Positions 26,481 through 39,389 of a stretch of 64,000 bases of DNA are shown piece after piece. The translations under genes were made by a program, and so were the position numbers. Below the pieces are notes generated by a model. That model saw only the letters and a program-made list of their open reading frames with translations. It was not told the origin of the DNA and did no database searches. The stretch comes from Octopus bimaculoides (Eukaryota). The DNA lies in assembly GCF_001194135.2 (NCBI RefSeq), contig NC_068989.1, positions 57,324,300 through 57,388,299 of the forward strand, given 5' to 3'. Positions within the stretch are counted from its first letter, which is position 1. Every line of letters starts with the position of its first letter.

Positions 26481-26572
<92 letters not shown>

Positions 26573-26580
26573 AAAGACAG

Positions 26581-26615
<35 letters not shown>
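26481..26615. repeat. Compound (ATT)n-(AGT)n-(AT)n microsatellite
   Basis: Seen directly. Confidence 0.95.
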
Positions 26616-26618
<3 letters not shown>

Positions 26619-26639
26619 TCATACAATAAGCCCTACATT

Positions 26640-27030
26640 TCAATACATACTCTGTTACATCCTAATGCACTCTTTTACTAATACAGTCTTACCTATGATT
26701 ATACTCTTCGTGTGCTAACTTGTTATATTCACTTAAGAGATGGTTAGTACTTTCGTGTCCTTTTCCACAGACCCTGCGTGTGCTGTCTGATTGAGTTTGA
26801 TCAATCTTTGTCATTATCAAGTTATTTCTCGTGCAATGTTTTTGAGTGGCTATAATTATTGATGTAGTTTATCTTGTCACATGTCCATCAGTCGGTCACA
26901 ACAGGCTTTCTTTATTTCCAACATATTTAGTTTGCTGTATGAATTGGTTATATAATTCCTTTCTTTCCGACTATCTGAGCTGTCGTTCTTCTTTCTGTTC
27001 TTCAATTCTCTTTCTCTTATATCGTCCCCA
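26640..27030 (-). mobile_element. Degenerate R4/Dong-like zinc-knuckle region
   Basis: A single frame with stops: ESLL*PTDGHVTR*TTSIIIATQKHCTRNNLIMTKIDQTQSDSTRRVCGKGHESTNHLLSEYNKLAHEEYNHR*D. This resembles the R4-clade pattern AAQ.QA...KID......CR.C....E.I.H..S.C.KLA..EY..RH. Confidence 0.75.
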
Positions 27031-28252
27031 CAAAAAAGGATGTTTGGAATTTGGGATATTTATTTGAGGGACAATGAAAATTTCTGAATAGCTAAAAACA
27101 GTCTAAGTGCGATTTGCAAGAAATTTCTGTCAAGATTCACGAGAATAATGCTTGTGTCGTGACGTCCATTAGCCTGATCTGAGATCCAGATATTTAGATC
27201 AAATATACTGCACCAAACACTATCGTTCCTTTTAACATTCATGTAACTATTACAGGTTTTCCACTTAGAAGAATGTCTTCTTACACAGAGAAGCAATGTA
27301 ATTTAAAGCAAATACGGAGACACTGTTATGTTGCAATTCATTAACCAAATGTAATGGCCGCTATGACGGTCTCAAGTCGCGAATTAATGGCGCTCAAAGG
27401 AAAGAAAACGAAAGCAAAATTAGATAATAGACTTTGTCCTACTCTGCAATTCTAAAATGATCACTATAGAATAACAAAAGCTATTTCCAGCTTGAATGAT
27501 AGCATAAGTAGTTGTTTGACGATGGAAATGAGAAATGGATAGAGATTCCTAACTATAATAATAATATTACTAAGTGTTTTCTGTAAGGAAATAAAGTTGA
27601 TATAGTTATAAAAACAGAATTATTAGAATAAGTGATGGAAAATGCATGGCATTGATTACTTGTAACAAGCTTGACTTGACTTATGAAAGCCAAGCAAGCA
27701 TACAAAATGCAGTATGAGATAACAGGAAATACGTCTTACCGTGAATTGTGCGTATTAATAAGTATATGGGTGTGAATGCAAGACTGTTTCTGTGTGTGTA
27801 TGTGTGTGTTTGTGTGTGTGTGTGTGTGTGTGTACGTATATATATATATATATATATATATATATNNNNNNNNNNNNNNNNNNNNNNNNNNNNNNNNNNN
27901 NNNNNNNNNNNNNNNNNNNNNNNNNNNNNNNNNNNNNNNNNNNNNNNNNNNNNNNNNNNNNNNNNNNNNNNNNNNNNNNNNNNNNNNNNNNNNNNNNNNN
28001 NNNNNNNNNNNNNNNNNNNNNNNNNNNNNNNNNNNNNNNNNNNNNNNNNNNNNNNNNNNNNNNNNNNNNNNNNNNNNNNNNNNNNNNNNNNNNNNNNNNN
28101 NNNNNNNNNNNNNNNNNNNNNNNNNNNNNNNNNNNNNNNNNNNNNNNNNNNNNNNNNNNNNNNNNNNNNNNNNNNNNNNNNNNNNNNNNNNNNNNNNNNN
28201 NNNNNNNNNNNNNNNNNNNNNNNNNNNNNNNNNNNNNNNNNNNNNNNNNNNN

Positions 28253-28310
<58 letters not shown>

Positions 28311-28340
28311 ACACACATAAATAAATATAAATATAGATAC

Positions 28341-28501
28341 CATAGTCTTCTCTCAGTTTCCGTCTCCCAAATCCATTCGCCAAGCTTTGGTCAATCCAAG
28401 GCTTATAGTAGAAGACAATTTCCCTAGGTGCCAGACAGTTGGATTGAACCCGGAACCATGTGGCTGGGGATCAAACTTCTTACCACATAACCATGCCTGC
28501 G
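28341..28501 (-). mobile_element. SINE family A head
   Basis: cagtttccgtctcccaaatcca...gaacccggaaccatgtgg...catgcctgcg. Confidence 0.85.
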
Positions 28502-28689
28502 TACACACACAACTATATATGCATATACATATATGTGTGTGTGTGAGTGTGTGTGTGTGTGTATCTATGTATCTGTGTGTCTGTGTATATGTGTGTGTAT
28601 TTCTGTCTGTGTATATCTATGTATCTGTGTGTCTGTGTATATGTGTGTGTATTTCTGTCTGTGTATATCGATGTATATTTCCAATGCAG

Positions 28690-28894
28690 TACACAGTACT
28701 CCGTCTTGCGACTATGCTGGGGTATCACCTTGAAGATTTTTAGTCAGATAAATAAACCTCAACGCATATTTTTGCCGAACGGGAGCATAAACACACCAAC
28801 ACCAGTTGTCAAGCAGTGGTGGGTGTAAGATACAAATCACGCATACATACATAAACACACAAATATACACACGCACACACACATACACACACAT

Positions 28895-28935
<41 letters not shown>

Positions 28936-29005
28936 GCGACGGGCGTCTTTCAGTTTCCCTCCGCCAATTCCTCTCACAAGCTTTTGGTCGGCCCAAGTCA
29001 CGACT
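28690..29005 (-). mobile_element. SINE family A tail, internal CA/TA repeat and head fragment
   Basis: aaacacaccaacaccagttgtcaagcagtgg (tail) and cgacgggcgtctttcagtttcc...ttggtcggccc (head) lie either side of a microsatellite. Confidence 0.7.
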
Positions 29006-29019
29006 GCACATACATATAT

Positions 29020-29095
<76 letters not shown>

Positions 29096-30687
29096 ATCTT
29101 GAAGCATTCCTGCAGATCGTGGTTATCTGAGAATTACAAAAAGAGGTTATCCGCCTCATTACAAACCGATATTTCGAAATAACAGAAAATCCGCAAGTTC
29201 CATTCCTGTAGTAGCATATGAATAATAAAAATTGAATATAGTAGCTTATGATATTACTTTTATTTCATAGTTTCCAATCGTTACAACAATTCACTTCCAT
29301 GACGAGCATTCTCGCATTGTTTATAAACATGTCTGTTAATAATGATCTAGTCGTGCTTGCTATGTGATGTATACTTCATAGCCGTCCATAGAATTGCTTT
29401 TCAGAACCATTTATAAAACAATACATAGAATTAACTGGTTATCTCGCTTAAATACGAAACATTTAGCTTTATTCAATGCAAATATTCTAGGAATATAAAA
29501 AAATCATTTTATATATACATTATATAACATATATAATATATGCATTATATATTATAATATATGCATTATATATTATCTTATTAATCGAAGGAACTAAACC
29601 ACGTTTTTAGAGTGGTAAACTAAGAAGTTTCTTTAACGAACGAGAAATGTCATATAGTAAACTTTAGATCATCGACGGCGTAAGCATATGGTAGTGTGGT
29701 TAATTTCGCGTAGCAATCATGTAATCCTGAGTTCGACTCGAGTGCTATCCTGTTTAGACTTGTGAGTGGAATTTTACGGAAACCCGTCATATGCATGTAT
29801 GAATATAGAAATACATATTTGTATGTATGCACGAATTCAAGTAAAAATGTAACTATGTCAGTATTTATGTATATATATGTGTCATGCATGCATGTATACA
29901 CGCGTGCATGTGTGCATATGCATACGTATGCATATACGTAAGTACGCACGTGCATTTGTGTTAGTGCATGTTTGAACGCATGTTCATTGCTGTATGTGTG
30001 TATATATGCATGTGTGTGCATGCATGTACGCATGCGTGCTTGTGTGCGAACATCTTAGGCGTGATGTATAAAAACTACAAAAGAACTAAAGAATACATTA
30101 CGGTGGCAATATATTCATACTTACGGCGGTAATTGATGTTTTCAAAGAATCCACCACTGCAATGAAAAATCTAGATTCGATTCGAAGTTCTCGAATATTC
30201 CATTGAAATATCAGCAGGTGAACTTAATAAACCAGTGAAAACAAAATGATAGATATTTTGAAGCAAGGATTGGCAATAAATACACGGAAAGAATCGATTT
30301 TTCAATGTATAAATGTGCCGTTAGTGCTGCTAGTGAGAGAGTAGATCATTATGATATTAAATAGTGCTTTACAGAAGCCATCGAGTGAGGAGGCAGGAAA
30401 ATAATACATTATATTTTTAGAGATTTAACTGATCATTCATGCTATTTGATTTTTGTTAACTATATTATTCAAATACAAATTAATGGCTGCAGAAGTGTTT
30501 TCAAAGGATGCAGAGGTTGGTGCTATGTACAGGAAATGAGAGAATACTTCGCTTTGTTGTAAATCCGTGATTTCGTGTTCGATCTGCACCTTAGACAAAT
30601 AGGATTTTGCCCATAGACATGTACTGGCCAATATTTAGCCATCAGAACTTGCCAGGCATAAGCCACGTGGCTTGTGTGTGTATTGTA

Positions 30688-30722
<35 letters not shown>

Positions 30723-31160
30723 NNNNNNNNNNNNNNNNNNNNNNNNNNNNNNNNNNNNNNNNNNNNNNNNNNNNNNNNNNNNNNNNNNNNNNNNNNNNNN
30801 NNNNNNNNNNNNNNNNNNNNNNNNNNNNNNNNNNNNNNNNNNNNNNNNNNNNNNNNNNNNNNNNNNNNNNNNNNNNNNNNNNNNNNNNNNNNNNNNNNNN
30901 NNNNNNNNNNNNNNNNNNNNNNNNNNNNNNNNNNNNNNNNNNNNNNNNNNNNNNNNNNNNNNNNNNNNNNNNNNNNNNNNNNNNNNNNNNNNNNNNNNNN
31001 NNNNNNNNNNNNNNNNNNNNNNNNNNNNNNNNNNNNNNNNNNNNNNNNNNNNNNNNNNNNNNNNNNNNNNNNNNNNNNNNNNNNNNNNNNNNNNNNNNNN
31101 NNNNNNNNNNNNNTATAGAAAGAGAGAGAGAGAGAGAGAGACAGAGAGAGAGACAGAGAC

Positions 31161-31201
<41 letters not shown>

Positions 31202-31236
31202 GAGGAAGGGACGCAAAAGTTACAGAGGGTACTGAC

Positions 31237-31435
31237 TAGCACCACTATTGCTAGAAAGAAGAGTTAAAACAACTCAAATGACACAAAGCACTATCTTAAT
31301 GACTGACAAAGGGAGGTAAGTCCCCAGCGTATATAGTCGGATCGACGATTTCGGATTTTGACAGAAACCATTAAGACAGTGCTTTGTGCCATTTGAGTTG
31401 TTTTAACTCTTCTTTCTAGTCAATAGTGGTGTTCT
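31237..31435. mobile_element. MITE / fold-back element with ~62-bp TIRs
   Basis: 31240-31301 is the reverse complement of 31369-31431, with 2 substitutions and a 1-bp indel. The spacer is 67 bp and TA lies at both outer ends. Confidence 0.8.
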
Positions 31436-31879
31436 ATCACTTTTGTGACCTCTATTAATTTTTCCCTTAGGTTCAAATTGCTAAAAAAAAAAACACCTAT
31501 TTAATTTGTTGTATATATATGCACATATGAAGTTTGTTTTTTTTTGTTTGTTTTTTATTTAGCATTAAACTGACTCATTCCTTAGAAAATACATTTACTC
31601 AGTTTTACAAAGAAACAGTTATATAGTTCTCAATAATTTTGAAGTTACTCTCAATTTTTCTTGTTACATATATACATCAAAATAACTTAATTGAACATAA
31701 TTATAAAGTTTTAACCCTTTATTATAAATTAATCTAGCTAAATCGTTGACATTCCAAATTCGCTTGACACGCCATTTGTTTTGGAAAAGATTTATAATTC
31801 CATTGACCAATCAAATTTTAACTGATTTTAAGCGATCAATTTCACTTTTTATTAGGGTTGATGAATTGATTGATAGTGT

Positions 31880-32417
31880 AAACATGTTTACATATGTGTA
31901 CGTATGTATATATTTGTATGTGTATACATGTTTGTGTGTATGAGTATACACATGTATATGTGTATGTATACGCTATTATATTTGTGTGTGTATATATGTA
32001 TATGTATGTATATGTGTGTGAGTATGTATATACATATATATGTGCATGTACATAAACGTATTTACGTCTGTGAGAGTGTGCGTACATGTTTGTGCATGAA
32101 AATCTATATCGACGTGAATACTATTTAATGCTTTTACGTATATCTATGTATGTGTGCATATATATGTATGTGTGTATACATGTGCGTACATGAGTATAAA
32201 TGTGCATTTGTGCGAATATATATTGCATATATATGATGATATGTACGTATATACGTGTGATTCCATGTAATTGTGATTGTCCCTGTGTGTGTACATGCAT
32301 ATATATGCATATATATGTATATGTATGTATGTGTATATGTGTACGTATATGTGTATATATATATATACATATATACATATATATGTATTTATGTATGTAT
32401 ATATGTATGTATATATG

Positions 32418-32462
<45 letters not shown>

Positions 32463-32500
32463 ATATTTTTACATGTATGAGTGTATATATGTATATACAC
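31880..32500. repeat. Long degenerate alternating purine-pyrimidine (TA/TG/CA mosaic) tract
   Basis: Seen directly. Similar tracts lie at 29820-30050, 50480-50735 and 62990-63490. Confidence 0.9.
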
Positions 32501-33506
32501 GGAATTTACAGATGAGCACATGATAGCAAGTATGTGTGAATTTTTATGTATAGATATGTTTTTCTCAATTTTTTATATACAACCTACAAATGTAATTTAA
32601 TTCCACACCTCATTCATATCGTACTTTATTCACATTGCAATTTAATTTTTAATCCCTATTTATTTATTCTTCATTACCCTAATTATATGTACATACTATA
32701 TCTTTCCCATAACAAACCTGTTACCCATTCGCCTAGACATACACCATTGCTAATAATAAACAGTATAATTCAGTCTGCCGTGGTGATTCAGATGACTAGC
32801 ACATAACATATCTAAGGGTATATTCAACCTCCCTCTTAACAGATTAAGCTCAGAAATATGATTTCGATAATTATTAAATTTCACTGACCTTAACCGAAAC
32901 AGCTGTATGGAACAATGATCGTATTTTTTTTTTTTTGCTGATAATATACTCTTATTAACTTCGATATCTCCATTTTCTTATCCATTTGTATGACTATAAA
33001 CCATGGTTTGTATATAAACCTATTTTTTATAGATATTAACCTTCCAAAAAAATATTAGGTACTGACCCAGAATTTCCTTGGATGATACCATCCGTTCATG
33101 AGGCTATTACAACCTTTATTTGAGTTATATAAGTATATATATGTATATATATATATATATANNNNNNNNNNNNNNNNNNNNNNNNNNNNNNNNNNNNNNN
33201 NNNNNNNNNNNNNNNNNNNNNNNNNNNNNNNNNNNNNNNNNNCATATTATATATATATATATTTAAATATATATATATATTTATCCGGGATACCCTATTG
33301 AAATGTGCATAGGTTTTGCTTATTGTGGTTGTTTCTGTTATTATAATTGTTGCTGCAATAAAGTATCTTCAATGCATTGATTTTGAGCTCTATCTTTTAA
33401 GAGACATGTATACATATATATATACAAAAACTCACCTGTGAGCTTTTTGCTAAGATTGTTAACAGATACTATATATTTTGTAAAATTTGTTTTATAAAAG
33501 TATATA

Positions 33507-33547
<41 letters not shown>

Positions 33548-34511
33548 CGTACATACATACATGCATACATACATATATCTGTAATTATTGGCTCCCTGGG
33601 ATAGTTAGCACACTTCCTAAATACCAATCTTGAGAAATTGGGCTTCTCTAAACCAGAAAGGGGAAAGCTAATTCGAAGACTAGATCCAATCTATCACTGG
33701 AACTGTAAAAAATCTGTAAAACTTTCCAGAATATGACCATGTCTAGATATGTAACTTCATATCTATGTGCCGTAAAGATTGATGGCATATCATTTTTAAG
33801 ACATGGTGACATATATTTTTTTAATTTAGTTTCACTTAGTCCGATATAATTTGCTTTCAGTTTTCTTATTTTCTTGAACTGAGTACCAACCTCAGCGTGA
33901 TATACCACTGAGCTAACCATGCGCACCTGCCCAAGTGGGCAAGTATTCGAGTATTTGAAGGTTCATTTTCAAGTAGGCGTCTTTTGTGATTCATGCGTAA
34001 TGTTTCGCATGTTGGGGCACCAGCTGTAAGAAACCTTTAACGGAACGCTCATTTTTTCTACAGCTGTGGTTATCTATCAAGGCTAGGAATTATATTTATT
34101 TGGGTTGGTAGTTTTTTAATTAATGCATGTTTGGTTGACTTGCAGTGCTATAATGTTCAACTTGTTATTGTTTAGTTCTATGGCAAGCCTAACCATGCTG
34201 ACCAATGGTGAAAAGGTCAGCATGATGAGCCGCGATCATCCTGTTGTATAGTTAGACCGAATCACATTATTTAATGCGCTATTTTCTTCCTAAAAACGGT
34301 AGAGTGTGATTTGAGGTAGATTTGACTACTTTTTATCGCAGATCGAGAGATTCATAGAGGTTATCTGGTTGTCTGGTGCTCTCATGCAAATAGAGTGTTG
34401 GTCCTATAATTACTTCCTGCTTCAATGTTCTGTTTGTTGAGTTTGATTTTTAGCTCCAGATCTTCTCTACTCGAGCAGGACAATAATCATATACATTCCA
34501 CCGTTAACCAC

Positions 34512-34663
34512 AGTATTTCCGTCTACCAACATGCCATTTACAAGTGTTGCTCAGCTCGAATAAAAGCAATTGTAGAAGACATTTTCCCAAACTGCTGAGA
34601 AGTAGATCGGAACCCAGAATCAAGTGGTTGCATAGCAAACTTAACCAAGCAAGAATGCCTGCA
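34512..34663 (-). mobile_element. SINE family A head, diverged
   Basis: tttccgtctacc...gtagaagacattttcccaa...atgcctgcac. Confidence 0.65.
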
Positions 34664-34681
34664 CATTGTATGTGAGCTAGA

Positions 34682-34945
34682 AGGCGTGTGGCTTAGTGGT
34701 TAGGATATTCAGCTCACTGGCGTAAGATCATGAGTTCGATTACCGACGGCACGTTGTGTCCTTGAGCAAGACATTTTATTTTGACGTTGCTTCAGTCTAC
34801 TCAGCTGGCAAAAATGAGTAGTACCTGTATTTTGTCACACTCTGTGTCACGTTCAATTTCCCTGAGAACTATGATAAGAGTACGCGTGTCTATTCCGTTG
34901 ACCGGATCAACTGGAATCCTCGTCGTCGTAAACAACAGAGTGCCG
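34682..34945 (+). mobile_element. tRNA-derived SINE family C
   Basis: A-box gtggcttagtgg, B-box gagttcgatt, then gtgtccttgagcaagaca and cagtctactcagctggcaaaaatgagta, which resemble conserved V/Meta-type central SINE domains (from memory, unverified). Confidence 0.75.
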
Positions 34946-36726
34946 GGTTTTTTTTAAACTAAACTAGAACTTCATTTGTGCTAAAAGGTTGGGAAAGATG
35001 GCTGCTCTGTCTCACTCCATATGATGGCAAACTCTTCAGGTACAGGAATCCAACAGATGGTGGATAACTTACTTCACTATCAAAGATTAAAAGACAATGA
35101 AGAAGTTTATATATCAATAGTTATATGACGTGTCTGTATCTGTGTCTCATGTGCTTCTTGTGCATCGGATTATCGACTACGAATAACATAGATACTTCGC
35201 TTATCGTAGATTAAGGTTGCACAAGGAAAGGAATATAGTTGACTCCATTAAATACATTTAAAAGTATGATTAAAGTCGTGTCGCAGATGCTTACTCATGC
35301 TAGGAATCTTGAAGCAAATACACAGCATGTGTGGAGCACTTTGGATTGTATGTCTTTATTATTGTTTCACACAATCATCTTTACATACATACATATATGT
35401 ATATGTGTGCGTATATCTGTGTTGAGTATTTCAGTGTTAGAAGTGGATATAATTGTGGTCTATAATAGATTTAATATCTATTATATAACACTTGCATTTA
35501 CCAGTTCGCCTGTTCGTTTCACCTCCATTCTTTTAAACATTTCTCTTTATGTATGTGTGTGTGTGTATGTGAGTTGTGTGTGTGCGTGTGTGTGTGTACG
35601 TATTCCTTTATATATATATATATATATATATATGTGCGTATAAGTATGTGTATAATTATATATAGCATTACATACACATAGATGCACACATACGCACACA
35701 TTTTATTGCAAATAATTCCTTCATCTACTGAATGCTCATTTTCAAGATTTTTTTAATTATTTTTTTTAAATTCCGACTATTCAAAGACCTTATTCCAAAC
35801 AATAATCATGTCTGAATAAACTATCCGCTACTTTCCTATTCATAGCTTCTTCTGACGTATTTCTTTAAAATGTCATACTCAAATAACTGGAGCATTTTTT
35901 TTTTATTGGCAATATTAATCAATCGACCAGATTTTGATATAAAATCGATTTTTACATCCTCATATCGTATTTCTTTTCCAGCCTAATTCAGACTGCATCT
36001 GTTTTGCTGTATTCTTTGATTATTTCTCTCTATATATTTTCTTTTCTCTTTCTTTCTTTCCCTTCTGTTATTCTTATCCGTCATTGTTATCATTGCCAAT
36101 GATTGATTGGTTATATTTTAGTTTAATTTTCTTTTCTTCCTTTGTTATAGTTTTTGGAAAAAAAAGCTATTATTTCAAGGGTAAACCAAAGTATAATCGT
36201 ACTGGTTTCAAATTAAGCGAAATCCATAGAGACTAAACGACAGCTGGCAGTGCCTTTTGTTCTTCTGTGTCTGTCTATGTGGGAGGCAGAACTAAAAGAC
36301 ACGCAAATATAAGCAAGGAAATGCTTCGTCGATAAAAAGAGTTGTTACTGCGATAAAGAAGTGATACTCACACGCAGCTTGTGTTTCTGTAATTGTAAAA
36401 AAGATGGTGGTGATGTTGGAAGTGGTAGTATTGTCTGTAATAGTGGCAGGTGAAGTTGATATAATACAATACATATCACTGCTTATCTCTGTGACAATAT
36501 CACTGAGAAGCTTGATTTAATAGCATTTATCGAAATACTATAATTCTAAAGAGAAACTCTGTCAATAATCAAACACATTAAAGCTGAACTGAACAAGTGT
36601 GTTAAGAATTTGCATTTTTTTCTTTTGTCTATGTACTAACATTTGTTTCCTGTGAATGCGTTGAACATTTATGTCTCAATACCTATAGCTTTTAAAAAGA
36701 CTAGGATAAAACTATCGAACAATTAA

Positions 36727-36855
36727 ATCTTTTACTAGCTTTCAGTCATTGGACAGCGGCTATGTTGGAGCACAGCCATGAAGTGTGTAGTTGAACAAAA
36801 TGCCCCCTTCCCAGCCCTAGTACTTATTTAAAGTCTGGTTTCATTCGTTGGTACT
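36727..36855 (-). mobile_element. SINE family A tail fragment
   Basis: tttcagtcattggacagcggctatgttggagcac matches the reverse complement of the 52239 tail. Confidence 0.6.
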
Positions 36856-37249
36856 TCTCAAAACGAAACTCTCGGCCATCAAATCACTTTGTTGCTTCTG
36901 CTAAATATCAATAAAAAAAATTTTAAATATACATATGCTCATATTTTAAGTTCAACTTTTCCTGTTTGCATCACCATACGTATATATNNNNNNNNNNNNN
37001 NNNNNNNNNNNNNNNNNNNNNNNNNNNNNNNNNNNNNNNNNNNNNNNNNNNNNNNNNNNNNNNNNNNNNNNNNNNNNNNNNNNNNNNNNNNNNNNNNNNN
37101 NNNNNNNNNNNNNNNNNNNNNNNNNNNNNNNNNNNNNNNNNNNNNNNNNNNNNNNNNNNNNNNNNNNNNNNNNNNNNNNNNNNNNNNNNNNNNNNNNNNN
37201 NNNNNATATATATATATATATATATATATACATACACACACAACGAGTT

Positions 37250-37393
37250 TCTTTTAGTTGTCGTTTACCATATCTACACACTCGGCTCAGAGTTATAGTA
37301 GAAGGCACTTGCACAAAGCGTCGCGCAATGGGACTGAACCCAAGAACACATGGTTGAGAAGCAAGTTTCTCAACTTCTCAGTCATGCCTGCAC
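37250..37393 (-). mobile_element. SINE family A head
   Basis: tatagtagaaggcacttgcacaaag...gggactgaacc...catgcctgcac. Confidence 0.75.
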
Positions 37394-37827
37394 ATTAAAG
37401 TAAATATTTTAGTGAAAATATTAAACAGTTGCCATGAGCAGATACTTAATACTATACTTACGTAATCTATAGAAACTCCACTATTCACCAACTTTCTTCT
37501 GTCTACTTTGACGCGTAACATGTCATGAACAGTTAAAGATTTCGATTGTGTTTTCGTTTGCAATCAATAATAAAGGTATTTTAAAACGAAACACTCGAGC
37601 ATATAAACGTCGTGACACGCAGAACAGTATTATTAAAGTTATACAAACCTCAACACGAATTATCACCTGGCATTCTAAGATGTACTGCCTTCTGTTGTTT
37701 ACTTTTATGAAAGTAGAATCTAATCCAGTTCACTGCTAAAGATATTACTTAACCGTTTATATTTCTTTTAGAGCTGTAAAATGCTTTCATTTAATTTTCT
37801 AATTTTAAAATGTGAGCGCGCACGCCG

Positions 37828-37870
<43 letters not shown>

Positions 37871-37975
37871 CATAGAAATACATGTGAATCGCGTAGAAAA
37901 AAATTAAGAAGCATATACACTAAAAAGAAGAATAATAAAATACAAAGTAAAAATCATAAAATAATAATAATAATA

Positions 37976-38034
<59 letters not shown>

Positions 38035-39389
38035 TATTATTATTTTAATTTTATGATTATTACTTTGTATTTTATTAAGTTCTTTTTAGTGTATTTATTA
38101 ATTTTTTCTATATGTGACTGTGTATGTACATGTGTATGCTTATTTAGAATGTTGGATTTTAAGGAAGCAGAAGTCGAAGGCTGCAAGTGGAATTCGTACT
38201 CTCATCTCCTGTCATGTTTACAGGAGCTGTGGATTCGAGCCCCACAGCCAGCCTTTGATTTTGTTTCTCCAGAGGATTTTTTAACCGAATATATAGACTC
38301 TATTTTATATAGCTTGTCTGTTTCGACATCCAAGTTTCCAATAAAAGATGTATTCCATGTTCTCTTATAACGTCACTAAATACATATGTCCAACATTCCA
38401 ATTTGCCATATAAATGTTCTGCTGTTCTTCTTGATTATTATTTATATGGATTACAATAGAACTGTGTTTCAATAACGTAGCAATAGTGTCGTCTCTTTCT
38501 GTTTACAGTTTTAACCTATTCAGTTGTTTCCCGTAAATCCCTAAACGACGTTAATTGAATTTACTAATTCGAATGAGCAATACAATTTCATTTATCCTGG
38601 TCATCTACATAATTGCTCCAGAATGAATAATTAGAGACTTTATGCAGGATTCTAGAGGTGTGTGAATCTAAATTATAATGATCGACAACATTTATCGCAA
38701 ATTCTTTGAGTATTACGAAATGAGATAGCATTTAAACCATTGAATATTGAATACTCTGTGATGGTGCTTCTCATAAATGGCAAGATGGAAAAGGGCAGTA
38801 AAATTGGCATGTTTGATAAAATTATATGCTTTTACAAATTTCACACTTATCCAGTAACGAAGGGGAAAGCTTTGTAAGGATGCAGACTCTGTTTTGTCTT
38901 CTCGTTAATATTTCACTAATAATAAGCTTTACAAATTATTTTGGAAAGATTGGTATGTGTAGATTTGAAGGTCTCTGAACTAAGTAACATAAATAGGGTG
39001 CTATTAATAGGTGGTACAGCAGCTAATCATTGAGTCACACACTCCCCTCGCAAAATAAGAAAACTGGTTTACACCACTACTTTGAATGAGCAAGTCACAT
39101 GGCTGTTATTCAACATGCCATAAATAACAACCAAATACCCCTTAAATAACTTCTTACCGTCTTAGAGTAAGGGTTCATAAAGCAGTGTAAAATCGAAGAT
39201 ACAAAAAGACGGGATGCTGACGGCTAGAGTGCTTTGGGGCGTAGATATGTTCAATCAGACAAGATACAGAGCTAAACAACAATTTCCTAAGAAACCTTAC
39301 TAAAACAAGATTGCATGGTAGCTTCAATAACAGCAAACAGCAACAGCAATAACAAAATCTTACACACATATATGCACATCATTTTAACT

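Noticed and set aside
26350-28680. Short tandem units (11-bp array, 52-bp duplicate at about 28560-28670) considered as CRISPR-like
   Set aside because: There are no unique spacers and no cas genes, and the context is eukaryotic.
33870-33925. Minus-strand ggttagctcagtggta resembling a tRNA D-arm/A-box
   Set aside because: There is no cloverleaf and the spacing to a B-box-like motif is too short. At best it is a SINE remnant.
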